Source of the DNA: Callorhinchus milii
Lineage: Eukaryota
Assembly: GCF_018977255.1 (NCBI RefSeq)
Contig: NW_024704743.1
Coordinates: forward strand, 16,928,001-16,992,000
Direction of reading: 5' to 3'
Length of the DNA stretch: 64,000 nucleotides
The notes beneath the pieces were generated by a model that saw nothing but the letters and a program-made list of their open reading frames with translations, was not told where the DNA came from and made no database searches. Both the position numbers and the translations under genes were made by a program. Below, piece after piece: positions 36,901 to 51,900 of this stretch. Every line of letters begins with the position of its first letter. Within the stretch, counting starts at the first letter, position 1.

Positions 36901-39900
36901 TCTTAAATCTATACTATCTACTTCAACACCATTTCAGACAGTGAGTTCCACATTCTTACTACCATCTGAATCTTTAGAAATTCTTCCTGAATTCTCTTTT
37001 AGGTCTTGTATCTTATACTTGTGTTCCCTGGTTACTAACTCCCTAAGTAGGAATAGCCTATCTATGCTAAGCATATCAAATCCTTTTACAATTTTAAATA
37101 TCTCTATCAGGAGCCCTCTTAAACCTCTCTAATAAAGAAAGGCCTAATTATCCAGTCTATCTGACAGCAGTAGCCTGCCAGCCCTGGTATTATCTTTGTA
37201 AACCTATGCTGTACTCTTTCCATCGATGCTATATCCTACTTGTAGTTTGGTGACCAGAATTCGATACAGAACTTCAAATATGGTCTAACTTAAGGTTTGA
37301 TAAATTCAATATCAACTTTTCATTTCTATGCTCTGATATAGAACCCAAGACTCCATTAGTACTTTTATAGCCTTATCTACCTACGTAACAACTTTCAGAG
37401 ATTTGAGGATCTGAATCTCCAGATCTGTTTGTCCCTCTTCTTAAGTTCCTACCATCTACAGACAGCCTTCTTTATTTTTTCTGCCAAAATGAATTGCTTT
37501 GCATGTTCCTATGTTAAACATCATGTGCCATAGCTGTCTGACCATTCTGCTAACTGGTGTATGTCTTCCTGTATTCTTTTGCGTTCCTCTTCATTATTTA
37601 CCACAACCCCTCCTAATTCTCAATGCCTTCCACAAATTTGGACACCTCATCAACAACAACAACATTACATGTGTACAGATAGCGCCTTTCACGTCGGGAG
37701 GATATAGGGTGGGGAGCGGCCATGGAGGGCTTTGTAGGTGAGGACCAGGATCTTGAACTGGATCCTCTCAAGGATAGGGAGCCAATGGAGTCGGGCGAGA
37801 ATGGGGGAGATTGGGGTCGCGGAGTTTGGTGCGGGAGAGGACATGTGCTGCAGAGTTCTGGATTACCTGCATCCTGTGGAGGGAGGAGTTGGGAAGGCCG
37901 ACAAGCAGGGCATTTGCATAGTCGAGCCTGGAGATGATGAAGGCATGAACAAGAGTTTCAGCGGCCTGAGGGGTGGGGTAGTGGCGGAGTCGGGCGATGT
38001 TACGGAGGTGAGGGAAGGCAGAGCGGGTCATGGCTTGGATGTGGGGAAGACATTTGAGGGTCAAACAAGACACCCAGGTTCCTGACTGGCGGTGAGTTGT
38101 AGTGTGCAAACATGGAGGTTGATACTGCCAGAGCCTGAGGTGCAGAGGCGCTGGTGCGAGCCAATCAGAGGGCCTCAGTCTTGTTCACATTCAACTGTAG
38201 GAAATTTGCCCTCATCCAGGACTTGATGTCCAACAGGCAGTCTGTCAGGACAGCAGTGGTCCTGGAGTTGAAAGTGGAGGCAGAAAGATAGAGTTGGGTG
38301 TCATCCGCATACATATGGAAGTTGACTCCATGTCTGCGGATGATGGCACCAAGGGGGAGCATGTAGATATTAAAGAGGAGAGGGCCAAGGACAGAGCCCT
38401 GGGGGACACCAGATGTGACAGTGCAGGGGCTGGAGGAGAAACCGTTAGAGGCAACAAAGTGGAGATGGTGAGATAGGAATCGATCCAGGCAAGGGCAAGT
38501 CCGCGAAGGTTAAGTAAAGAGGAGAGGCGGTGTATGAGGATGGAGTGGTCGACAGTGTCGAAGGCGGCAGAGAGGTCGAGGAGGACAAGGAGGTAGAGGG
38601 AGCCCTGATCACAGATGTTCAGAATGTCATTAGTGACTTTGACCAGGGCTGTTTCCGTGCTGTGGGCAGCGTGGAAGCCGGATTGGAGGGGTTCAAAGAG
38701 GGAATGGCGAGAAAGAAAGGAGCGGAGCTGGGACGCAACATCTCATTCCAGGACCTCACACTGACACATTCAACACCAAACTTACATTTGTAAAGCGCCT
38801 TTCACGTCGGGAGGACATCCCAAGGCACAGAGGCAGACACACTCACACAGAGACTCACACAGACTCACCTCGTACACGCTCACACATACATAAACTTACC
38901 TGATACCCACTCACACATGCACATACAGACACACTTCATACAAACACATGCAACATCAAACATTCATGCAGACACACACGCACAAATTCAAACATACACA
39001 CACACTCTCTCAAACAGACGTATATACATTCTCACAGACATGCACACAGATGAATGATTAAGTGCCTCATACACAATTTCTATGGATTTATCCACAGCAT
39101 TTCAATGACATATCCCAATAATCACTTGTTAGCATTGTCATGGCAACAGATAGTTTCTTATCCCTTTGGGATGTGATGAAGCAGCTTCTCTTCATGTACG
39201 TTGCAGCTGTTTGTCTGGCAGAATCTTTTTCTCTTTACAAAATATAGAATATTAAGATAATACAAAATGGATCACTCTATAGCTGATAAATGATATAGCC
39301 TGACAGATTTTATTTCTCATCAAAACTAAACATTATCAATTATGTCAAAACACTTCAACGTAAGTCCACAGTTTCAGTAAATCTTGTCAAGTGCGTTGAG
39401 GTGTTCTCTTGACATGAAAGGTGCTATGTCAAATAAATGATTATCATTATTAATAATAAGAATACTGTAAATTCTATTCTAATAGCTTGCCATCATTTAC
39501 ATTACTGAGGTTATGTTTATGTATGGTTACGTCACCAAAGCAAAATTGGTAATCACAGCACTACCAAGAATTTATGTTGGTTTGTTTAAATTGACTAATG
39601 GTTCACAGTTCACTTAGAAGTTTATTGTATTACATCAGTTTGTTTGGCATCAGTCCACATAGCTTAACAACCTTGTTTTTAAACAGACATTTAAGAAATG
39701 TCTTACACTGTTAAGATGTCACAAGATTAATTTGAGTTACAGTAAAACCCAATTTTGAGACCCAATTACTGGACCACTAGGGTCAAAAACAAGTGGGTCT
39801 CAATCTGGATTCATACAAGATTCAGAAATATGGGGCAGCCCAGGTGGTATAGTGGATGGAGCTGCATCTTATGGATCAGGAGCTTGCTGCTTCCCATTCC

Positions 39901-42900
39901 TAGTCTGTGCCCAGTTTGCTCGACTCCTCCATGACTACACTTCCCAACTGTCGAGGCTGTGGGGTGGCCCTCATCAATCAAACCTCCCTTGGTCTGTACC
40001 CCTACTCCTCTGGCTGTTTCCACGCATTTACACACCTCACCCTGTACCATCCCTCCCTCTCTCAAAATTCTCCTAGTCTACCGCCCCCTCAACCCCCATC
40101 CCGACCCACCCACTCCCAACCTCTTGGCTCTTTCCTCAAGGATATCTCCTGTCTCCTCTCATCCCGACTGCTTCACAAATGCCCTCTCATCCTTGGACCT
40201 TCTCTCCCTCTGGCCTTCCGCCCACAGCGATCTTGATGCAGCCGTCAAGCTACAAAACAATTGCCACTCCTCTAATTCCCTTCTCCCATGGAGTCCTGTA
40301 GCTCAGTGGTTAGAGCACTCGCTTTGCAAGTGAGAGACTTGAGTTCAATTCCCGGCAGGTCAGGGCGAAACCTTGGGCAAGTTTCCTTACTCCACACACC
40401 TAATAATAATCCCTCCAAAAAAATAAAACAATAATAAATTGGTCATTTTCAATCCATGATTGTTTGTGGGACATTGCTGTGCGCAATTGGCTGCCGCGTT
40501 CGCCCACAAATATACAGTCAATTCACTTTACAGTATATTCTGTGAAGCGCTTTGGGACATCTAGAAGACGTGAAAAGCGCTATATCAAATGCAAGGATTA
40601 TCATTATTATTATTGTCCCCCTGAAATCCAGAACCATATCCACACCTACCAGCTCCCACTAGTACAGTAGTCATTTCCACTCCCTCAAATCCCAAACCCA
40701 GTTGCTCGAGCGCAGATGGCACAAATCCAGCCTCACGGTTCATCTCCAACTATGGCTCGAGCACCTTCACACCAACCACCGCACTCTGTCGCAAGCCAAA
40801 ACTGCAATCCACCACCTCTTCCACGCGCCCCATTAAGCACCCTCAATCCTAACATCAAATGTCAAGCGCAAAGAGGTCTTAGATTTCTTTATGTTCAAGG
40901 TAGAAAACATCTGGCTGACCGCCTTTTCCTCTTGCCCCATGTCCCTCAACCCCCCGCCACCCCCCACCTACCTGCACTCTTTAGCCCCCATCCCTCCTGA
41001 CTCCCTCTCATCTTCCATCACCTGAATGAAACCCACCAGCTATTCCTCGACCCCCCCTCAACCACTCAGCTGCTGGCCACTCAACTCACCCTCCTCTGCC
41101 CACTGCTGGCAGACATGATAAATCAGTCCCACTCCCATTCAAAACAGCTGTCATCACCATCCTCCTTAAAAAACCTAATTTTGATGCACTACCGTCCCAT
41201 TTCAAACCTGCCCTTCCTGGTCAAAGACCTAGAACATAGTGGTGCAAAATCAACTTCGCTCACACCTCTCCCTCCACTCCCTACTCGAACCCCTCCAGTC
41301 CGGTTTCTGCCCTGCCCACAGCACAGAGACAGCACTCGTCAAAGCAACAAATGATGACTAGGGCTGCCTCTGCCTTCTTGTCCTCCTGGAGCTCTCCACT
41401 TCGCTTGACACAGTCAACCACTCCATCCTCCTCCACCGCCTCTACTCCCTCATCCACCTCAGTGGGACCGCACTTTCATGGTTCGAGTCCTACCTAACCA
41501 ACCGCCAGCATTTTATCTCACCCAATGGTTTTTCTTCTCGCCCCTGCCCAGGGTCCACTTGCAGGGTACCCCAAAGCTCCATCATTGGCCCCCTTCTTTT
41601 CCTCATCTACGTGCTCCTCCTTGGAGATGTCACCCACAGACATGCGGTCAACATGTATGCGGATGACACCCAAATCTACTTCACATCCTCCAGCTGTGAT
41701 TCACAATCTGCTGATATCCTGTCAGCTTGTTTGACGGACAACAAAGCCTGGATGAGCGCAAATTACCTGCAGTTGCATATCGACAAGATGGAAGCCATAT
41801 TCTTTGGCTCCCGTCAACGTCTTCTCTCATGCGGTTCTGAACTCCTCAACCTACCCGGGCTCTCCCTCAGACTCTCTAAACCCACGCGCAACTTAGGAGT
41901 CAGTTTCCATCCCCAGCTTTCCTTTCTACCACACATCCGTTCCCTGATTGTTTTCCACCTCCGCCACATTCACCACCTCTGTCCATATTTCACACTCACA
42001 GCAGCCAAAACCCTCGTCCATGCCTTCATCACTTCCCAGCTGGATTATTCCAATGCCCTCCTCGCTGGTCTCCCCAGCTCCACCATACACAAAATCCATT
42101 TAATTCAAAACAACGCTGCTCGGATACGCAGCCTTACAAAACTCTCATCCCCATCACACCAGTCCTTGCCAGGCTCCACTGGCTCCCAATCACCGAACGG
42201 ATCAATTTTAAGATCCTCTCGTTCATTTCCTTACCTGCTTACCTCCCATTCCGACATCCGCTGCCTCCGCTCGGTTGGCTCCAGCCTCCTTTTTGTCCTT
42301 CATGCCCTCCATTCCTTCTTCAGTGGCTGTGCCTTCAGCCACTACACCCCAAAACTCTGGAACTCTCTCCCTCACTCCCTCCGCTTTGCCCCCTCCTTCC
42401 CAACCTTCAAATCCCATCTAAAGACTTTCCGGTCAGTGCCCCCTCCCTCTCCCTCTGGCTCATTGTCAGACTCCGCTACTGTGAAGTGCTCCGGGATGCT
42501 ACCCCGCATGAAAGGCGCAAGTTATTGTTTTTGTTGTAAGCTTTCATTAAGCTTTAAGATTCACTAACCTGTGTTTCACATTCTGCGGTCCCCAATCCTT
42601 GGCTCTTGCCAAGCTGCGCCTAATGCTTTCCGGAATTAGGTAAACAGGATGCGTCCCTCTAGGGAGAGAGTGCGCATTCCATTCCTACAATCTATCTCTG
42701 GGATTTTCATGTGAAGGTGGGATACATAGAAATCTCAGCTTGATTTGTATACTCTTAAGCATGGTAATAGGTTTCCGCATGTGTCAGACACCCGGCTGAC
42801 AAAAAAAAACTGGAGGATGCACATTGGCACCTGTCAGATGCTAACATATTTACAGTAGGTGGACTTCACCAGATTGTATTCTGATGTTGACTGTTCCTCT

Positions 42901-45900
42901 TGTGAATGTAAACAAAATGATCACCTTTACATACATCAAACTGACAATTTAAGTAAATGATACAGGATGATAAGCTGGATTGACTTATTATTGTTATAAT
43001 ATGCTGGCTACAGCAAACCCCATCACCGTGGGACTAAGTCACAAATTGAACACAACATCCTCTTTCCACAGGGTGAGAAGGGTGAGCCTGGGGCATCCAT
43101 TGCTGCAGATGGCTCTTTGATGGCGTTGACAGGAGTGCAAGGACCAAAGGGCCAAAAGGTAGTTAAAAACCGAGAGGGAGGAAGCATGAGAGAACTTTTT
43201 AATTTCAAATCTAATAAAAGTTTGCTAATATACTGATTCCAGAAATGTTTTACTTTAAACCTCAGCTGTTGACCAGATATCGGCAATTTATTTCTCTTAC
43301 AGGGTAGTCCAGGTTTCATGGGACCCCAAGGACCTATGGTAAGATGTGGATTATATTGCAATTCTCATTTTATTGCACGCCTTCATCTAGTATTTGAATA
43401 ATTTAATTATAAATCTTGAATATATTACAGAATGACTGATCCTTACTGGTATTTAATCCTAGCTATTATTTTTTGTTGGTCTGGCACGAGCTTGCAAAGA
43501 GTCTCATGACTCTCGGTGCAATCTGTTTTGGTTCGTGTTTTCTGGAAAGGATCATGTGGCTGTGGATTTTTTTTGTTCAACCCTAAAGTGCAGCGTTTAA
43601 CAGCTGCTCCAAAGTGCCAAATGAGTACCAGTCAATGCCGAGCACTCAAATGAAAAGTGCTGAGAACGAGGAGTTGGAACAGGCTGATCTAGAAATTCGC
43701 TGAGCACCTTATGACCTTCAGTTGGTTCAAATGGGAGGAAGTGAACATTAAGTCCAGAATTAATTGTTTTATGCAAGAGGATGGTGACCATGTGGAGAAA
43801 ATTACCAAGAAAGCAGATGAAGGTGGACAAAGTTGACAATTTCAGGAAGGAATTAGGTAGATATCAATCGCAGTGAAGATTGATGGAAATCAGCAATAAT
43901 ATCTAAGAAAGTGGGACTGTCCTGGCCATACAGACAATAATATTTTTTTCCTGATCCGATGCTCTTATGTCTTAAATGAAGTGTTTGATCTGGTGGTTCA
44001 GTTGCTGTCCCATTGAAAACGAAAGAAGCAATTCAGTCCCTGGACTCACACACCAAGTGTGATAGGTTTCACAAGTTCAGACACAAGCTACTCTTCAGTC
44101 AGATGCTACTCAGCTTTGCTCATCGCGCAAATGAGTCAGCCTCAACGCCCGCACTAAGCTTCGTGAACCAATCACCCCCATCCTCGCCCAGCTTCACTGG
44201 CTTCCCGTCCCCCAGAGGATCGAGTTCAAGATCCTTATCCTCGCCTTTAAAGTCCTCCACGATGTTACTCCTCCCTATCTCTGTGACCTATTAGAACTTC
44301 ACTCTGTTCCATGTGCCCTCCCCTGCCTTCTCCACTATCAGTGGTCAGGCATTCAAGCTTTCTGCCCCACCATCTGGAATTCCATCCCAGAGCCTCTCAA
44401 CCCTTGCCCTCTTCCTTGCCTCCTTTAAGGCCCATCTCAAGATCTTTATTTTCAATTGTGCCTTCGGTCATCTTCCCTCCTCTGATCCTAACCCGCAGCT
44501 CGGGTGCAAACCCCTCATTATCTAGCACCTTGGGACATCCTCCTGACGTGAAAAGTGCTATTTAAAGGTAATTTGTTGTTGTTCACCCCATAATAGTAAT
44601 AATAATCATAATAATCCTTGCATTTGATATAGCGCCTTATCACGTCTTCTAGATGTCTCAAAACGCTTCACAGGATATACTGTCAAGTGAATTGTCTGTA
44701 TATTTGTGGGCAAAATGCAGCAGCTAATTGCGCACAGCAGTGTGACAGATTTAACCCCTAACAGGTTAACACTCACAGCGCTTGGGTGCAGTTCTGGGTT
44801 GTAATGACATATGGCCTAGGAAGAAAACCTAGGGGTTTTCTAATATTAACACAAGATTCCCCTGTTTATTTGAAACAAAAAGACTATTTGAGGGTTCAGT
44901 TCTTGTTGAGAAATGTTATAACTCGACAGTGTTTGTTTTTTAGGGTCCAAGAGGATTTCCTGGATCAAAAGGGGAATTTGGCCTGCCGGGTCGACTTGTA
45001 AGTGATATACATTACAAACCGAGGCCAAATTCAATCCTTGTAAAGGAAACAATGAAAACCTAATGCTTTGATGTGGTCTTTGCAGGGTCGCCCTGGAAAA
45101 CACGGAGTTCCGGGTCAAAAAGGTGAAGCTGTAATATCACAAGTAAGAATGTTTCTAAACAAGAATATTTCTAGGAAGCAAACATCAGAGCACTTGTTGG
45201 AGACTTGTTTTGAGAATCTGAAGCAAACCAGGTTGCTTTGTCCCTCCATTGGCTGCTGTCTTGATTTCTCTCCATCACTGCCTCTCAGACACATCTTAGG
45301 CCTAAAATTCCTCATGGTCTTAGTTGCCCGAATCTTTGGGATTAGCATGTTTCTGTGTCACAAGAACCCTGAAACAAGAAAAGCCCATTTAGTCCATCAA
45401 GCCTGCTCCTGCCATAGGTCATAATCTGTCCATCGTGGCCTCTACACCATTATTTATAATCTAGCGTCAGCAAGGTAGAACTCATTGCTGTGGGTCAGAG
45501 AGTTATTGGTTTAAGATAATAGACATTGGAGATCACTGTCTCGGCAGACACTCAAGTGCGGCGCTGTGGGAGAGTTACTTTGTCACTGGCACAACCGTTT
45601 GGATGAGATGTTAAACCAAAGTCCTGTTGGCCTGTTTTTTCCCCAGGTAAACGCTCAAGATCCTACAATGCTATTTGAATATAGAAGAGAGTTTCTCATA
45701 GGCACTGACAAGCGTAATGACAAGCGAAAACAAAGAGAGAAGAGAGCCTTAGTTAGGAACCTGGCATAGCAGGAGGGATAATTGAGAGCTAAAAGGATGT
45801 GTTTCCATTTCAGGGTAATCCAGGGTTACCAGGTCCTCCTGGACTTCCAGGCCCTCCGGGACCTGTTCTCAATTTAAAAGGGGTAAGGCCATTTTATATA

Positions 45901-48900
45901 CTATACAATGCTCGTCATTCTTATATCTGTTCTGATACGTTTCTTTGCAAACTTTTACTTTTTTTTAAACTGAATCATTTATATATTTTGTTACTTGCTT
46001 GTCTTTTATTTACCAATCCGTTTTCCTCCACATCTGAATAGACAGTTTTCCCGGTCCCTCCCAGACCCCACTGCAAAATGCCTGTAAGTTCAACCACCAA
46101 TAATCTGATTACAGACTGTGAGTTAAAGATGCTACAGACGATATTTAACTTCAGATTTTTCACACGGGCAAAATGGAAACCTGTAATGAAAGCAGGTTAA
46201 TGCCTCACACGGGATCTCCCCGAGGCCATCTTTTCCTTTGTACAGAGTTGCCTAAAAGCTCCTGTCTCTCTGCTTGTTGCCTGCCTTGATCGCTTTGGCT
46301 TGTACCTTAATGCTTGAAAAGTAAGTACAGTATTGTCTCTCGTAAAAGTTACATCAGACTCTAATAAAGATCATTCTAATGGACTGGTCCTTATAATTGG
46401 TGGACCCAACAAAGGGAGAACCTAACATAATAGTAACACACTGATATTGGTGACGAAAGGATACTGACCTTCTGCTACATTTCCTAAGTGCCGATTGGCA
46501 GGGTTTGCACACTTTGCCATTTTTGGGGTGAGATTTGTGACATTTCAACCATATCAAATCTGTTACGAAACGTCGCACATATTTCCATCCATTTCTAAAG
46601 ACTGGACACTTTCCATTTCATCTCCCTCTCCCCCTCCCCAGACACCATCAGCACAATGATTACACCTGTGAGTTCCTCTGTTCCAAGCGCTCAAACACCT
46701 GCCCCAGGATTCAAAAACAAGGTGCCACCGGCTTTCCCAGTTTCCAAAATGACAATGAGGTATTCTCAGATTGTGTATAGGAACAAAAAAAAATACAGAA
46801 GTCAGAACTGGGTGGGAAGCCTTTAGAAAACATGGAAATGTCCGAGTTTCTGAACAGATTTCACATCCAATCTATCGTGCAGTGTTGCAAATTTGAGCCC
46901 AGTATTGCATGTTAACCTTTTGTTTTAAAGGCAACTTTTCCATACATGCCAATCAAATGGAACTATTGCACGGCAGCTCAGTGTGAATATTTATCTCACA
47001 AGCCTTTCAGGTCTGGTAACAAGGTTCTCACTACTGCATCCTCTGGAAGGCTAGCTCAGGGTCGTAATAGCGACTCCTTTTTTTTAAAGTTACTTATGTT
47101 ATTAGTCACGTTAGTACTTTTCAGTACATTCACTACAAAACTGAACAAAGCCTTTTCAGATCATTTGTACCAATAATGATATTGTTGTAACCAAAGCCTA
47201 ACTCATTATCTCAAATTGTTTGCAACAGTCTTTCTAATGATACAATTTAGGCCATGTATTAAAAGCAAGTGAGTAACCATAGAAAATTTTTGTATCAGAA
47301 ATGTGGAAAACCTTGTCAAAAGACTTTGAAAAGAGCATGATATCAAACATGTTGCCAGCATGAGGCATGGTATTCTAACAAAGACAGACTGACTCCAGGT
47401 TTGTACTTGCATTGTGTGCTTTGTGTTGAATTGAGAGACACACTGTCTTGGATGTTATCAGAGACCGTACAATGCTCAGTTCCTGGTAACTTCCTTGTTT
47501 CTCCAGTTCTGTTTGAAATGGAACTGTTCAGTACAGTGGAGATAAACACAAACCTGATTTAAATCTAAAACAATTGCACTGCCATTCACAACAACTCCTA
47601 TTAGGTCGGATTTCCTGATCAAGTCTCCAATTGCAGTACCACACTTAACAGTAATTGCTATAAAATGCTTTGAGACATTTCATGGTTATAGGCGTTCTAT
47701 CAAATGCCAGGATTATTTATATTGTTCTTCAAAACAACACAGGAACAAGAGTAGGCCATTCGGCTCATCATAACTGACCCACTATTTTCCGAGATCATTG
47801 CCAATCCACAACTCAGTCCTCCTCCCCACCCTCTCTCCATATCCCTTAATATCTCCGTCTATCAAGTATTTATATGCCATTGACAATTTCCAATTGACTC
47901 TGCTTCCACTGCCCTCTGGGGAAGTGAATTCCACACGTCCCACCACCCACTGTGTGAAAATTGTTTCCTTATTTCAGTTTTAAATGGTTTAGCCTCAAGT
48001 TTAAGACAATGGTCTCTAGTTTTCAATTCTCTCACCAGAGGAAACAGTTGATCACTCTTCAGCCTGTCAATCCATTTATAATTTAATACACCTCGATCAG
48101 ATTACCCCTCAATCTTCTGTACACGAGAGAAACAAAGTGATTATCAGGATTCTGCTGCATATTTATTAAGCTGCTTGTGTTTTTGCTGTTTGAGCAGCTT
48201 ACAAAATATGAATGAATTCATTTGCAAATCTAATTGCAATGCTGCAGATCAAATGTTATTAATATTTCTTTTTTGCAAAAAAAGAAAGGTTCCATTTTAT
48301 TTTAAGCTCTTGGAGGGGATGACCTATATCTGTGTTTTGATTCTAACGTTAAAGACTTATTTTCTACAAATTAATCTGGGTTTGTATTAGAGGTTCAATG
48401 GGTGTAGTGTTAACTTCATTAGAATCTGTTGTCTCCCTTTTTATTAGGTAAATGGCGAACCTGGACAACAGACAGCCATTAATTTCCTGGGTAAGGTGTT
48501 TGTCATATATCCAACCCACTACAGTATATTGAAGGGATTTTCTTCAAATTAAATATAAATGGCCCGTGTTATAGTGAGGGAACATGAGATTCTTCCTCAA
48601 TTGTTCAACCTCCATGTATGAATGGACAGTGGACAGGAAACACCTAAGGATAGTATTCCTTTAAGAACTGCCTTGTGCCTTGGCTGGCCAATTGGTCATT
48701 ACTTTTATCCATCTGAATAACATATGACTGATATTATGCAACAAATTACACTTGTTTAGCGTCCTTCACATCAGAAAGACATCCCAGGGAGCTGGACAGT
48801 CAGGGTTTTTTGGACACGAGCTGGGATATGGGGTCCGGAGGGGTGGAGGGCAGAGGGCTGGGAGGGTGGCCGAAGGTACGGTCGAGAGAAGGGTCTTTAG

Positions 48901-51900
48901 ACTGGACTTGAAGGAAGCAATAAAGGAGGTGAAGCGGAGGGATTGCAGGATAGAGTTCCAGACTGTGGGGGCAGAGACGCTGAATGCCCAACTCCCAATG
49001 GTGGGGCGGGAAGTGCGGGGGACCTGTAGCAGGCCGGTGTCTGCCGAGGGAGGGAGCAGACGGGCTGATATGCGGTTAGGAGGTCATAGAGATAGGGTGG
49101 AGCAAAACCATGGAGGGCTCTGAAGTGAGAACAAGGGCTTTGTACTCGATTCTCTGTGGGATGGGATTCTAGACACACAGAAACTGTCTAATTTTGTTTT
49201 TGGTGGTAAACTTAAAGTGAACGTAATGTAATAGTCTTTGGCATGGTTTCACTCTTTCAAAGGATCTAAAACTGCATTGCTAAGATAGATGCTGTACTTA
49301 TTTTTATTTTTTGCATATGATTGGTTGACTGAAGTTCCAAATCTGCTCCAGTTAAGGTATCTTTGGCTTCAATCACCATCTGGTTGCGAAATTGACACGA
49401 GTTATAAAATTACAATACCTAAAGCTGTGTCTGGGTTTCACTTATCTCAGCAAATCACTCCGTTACCAAAGGAACCATCCACTTTGATGATCTGCAGGGT
49501 GTGCACGATATGGCACTAACATTGCACAAAGTCTTACTGTTCCCCAGGAATAAAGCACAAGGCACTCATTCGCAAGTCCAGGCAATGATTTGGTCAAACC
49601 CGTTATTGAGCAGGCAGAGCTGCACAACAAATCTCTAAAGGAGGATGGGGTATGTGTAGGGGGACAGGGAACAATCCCTGGACACGACTTGTCTTATTGC
49701 TTCAATTTAGCATTGGGTTAAACAAAAGTGCTCCCCAGTCTTCTTCTCACTTTGATGGCTTACATTTCCCATCCTCTTTCATGAAGATTACAAATCAGAT
49801 CCCAGTAGTTTAGCATTTTCAGTAACAAAAAGAACCATTTCCTTACTATGATGTGGGATTTTTTTTTAATTGTAAATCTCTGGAATGTTTCGACCAGCCA
49901 GAGAGGTTGGACTGGGGGGGGTTATAATTCTCCAAAACCCACTAGACCCCACCCCCCCATAAAAAAAAGACGAGAGCAGTGATGGCCAGCCTTTTTTAGT
50001 TGGCCAACAAAATAAATGTTCTTGATTGAATATTTCTTGATTAATGCCACAAAGCAAGAAATACTCAATCAAGATAAAAACAGATTCACTAGACTGGTTC
50101 GAATGTTCGGAGGGCCACATCTTGATGGTCAAACAGGCCACTTCCAGCCCAAGAGACATGGGTTGGCCACCTCTGGACTAGAAACTTAAAGCAAGGCTTT
50201 AAAAGAAGCTTTAAGCAAGACTTTAAAAGAAGCTTTAAGCAATATTATGGAAAAACTCAAAGAAAACATTCAAGGTTATCTGTGCTTCTAAATTGCCCAA
50301 AGGAATAAACCAGTCTTGTAGATTGGTTTATGAAAAACACATAAACAGATTTTATCTGTAAAACTGAGTACAGGGTATTTGATTCCTGGAACAGTCACAT
50401 ACTCATTGTCTACTATTTTATGATTACATCATCATGTCTCAGGCATCTCATTAACCAGTGAATGGAGAATTTCCCCACCTCCTTGTGTCCACACAATCCA
50501 TAATACTATCCAGCCTCTGGGATTGACTGAACCTCAGGCCCGCTCCACCATTAGCGGTCGGGCCTTCAGCCTCTCTGCCCCACCCTCTGGAACTCCATCC
50601 CACATTCCCTTCACCTCGCTCCCTCCCTTGCCTCCTTCAAGGTACATCTCAAGACCCTCCTGGTTGACCGTACCTTCGGCCACCCTCCTACCCTCCCTGC
50701 CCTCTAACCTCCCTTATCCCACCCCCCCATGCCCGCTTGGGTCCAAATCCCTGACTGTCCAGCACCTTGGGACATCCTCCTGACATGAAAGGTGCTGGAC
50801 AGATGTAATTTTTTATTGTATTTTGTATGACATGTCGAGAGACGAGAGGGAGCAGAAACCCAAACTGCTCTCGTGTAGCAAATGAGCAGTTGAGGATGAA
50901 AACTTCACCTAGTCTTAGTCTGTAATAACAATTTGCATTTATATGGCACCTTTCATGTGGGATGTCTCAGAGCACTTCACAAAGATCACCAAGCAGGAGG
51001 GGAAGGGGACCATATGTGTGGATCAGCGTGGCTCAGTTGGTAGCATTTTCACTGCTGAGTCAAACGATTGTGGGTTCAAGCCTCATGTAGAGAATTTACA
51101 TAATCTAGGAATTTACAGAATCTACTCCAAAACAGTTCTGGGGGTGTGTCACATTGGTGGAGGTGCCATCCTTCAGAGGAGACATTAAACTGAGATCCTG
51201 TCTGTCACGTGTAATTAGCACGTTTCTAAACCAAATGGATTCTACCGCATATTCAACATCATATTAAAGGTGCTAATAATAACCACACCCTCTGAGGCCC
51301 AACTTTTCTCATGAATTTAACTTTGACTCTAGAAATTTATAACACAGAAGAAGGCCATTCTTGTCTGTAACCATTCAGACACCATTTTATGTTGTGTCCA
51401 TTCAGCTATTTGAAAGAGCTATCCATTCAATCCTATGTACCTTCCTTTTCCCCAATACCTTCTTTAGATATCTATCCAGTTCACTCCTGAAAGCTAGCCT
51501 GGATCTTGTCTCAACTACAGCAGGAAGGGCATTCCACGTCCTAACAACCTTCTTGTGTAAAACAAATCCTACTCTTCCCACTTTGCTCCCTTGCTGACTA
51601 CCGTATCTTAAATAAGATACAATTTTAGATAAGGCAATTGTCTTAATTCAGTCTTAATTTGGAAAACATTTTTTCACACAGTTCTTTAAATGAACAAGCT
51701 TCCAAATTACTGGGCTTCACTTTCAATCAGTGTTACGTTTTAGTGCCTCAAATGGAATTTCCCCATGATAATCACACGTCAGCAAAGGTGTTAGACTTCA
51801 ATGTTAACTCACGTGACTGAATTTAAGAATTTTCCACAATTCTGCAGAAACTTAAATTTTAGGGCAAAATAAAGTTAAAGTCATGAAGATTGTTGACGCA

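Noticed and set aside
40290..40362. tRNA-Ala genes (also at 11, 1220-1291, 2699, 10840-10909, 13025, 26720-26788, 55550-55620, 60697)
   Set aside because: They have A/B boxes and an anticodon arm but no complete acceptor stem, and all but the 13025 fragment run into SINE body sequence. They are SINE heads.
41611..42567. 318-aa reverse-transcriptase ORF as an active element or retron-like system
   Set aside because: It is a partial RT with frameshifts, its upstream part is broken and interrupted by a SINE. It is a dead L2 copy; the same applies to 6685-7329 and 38165-38362.
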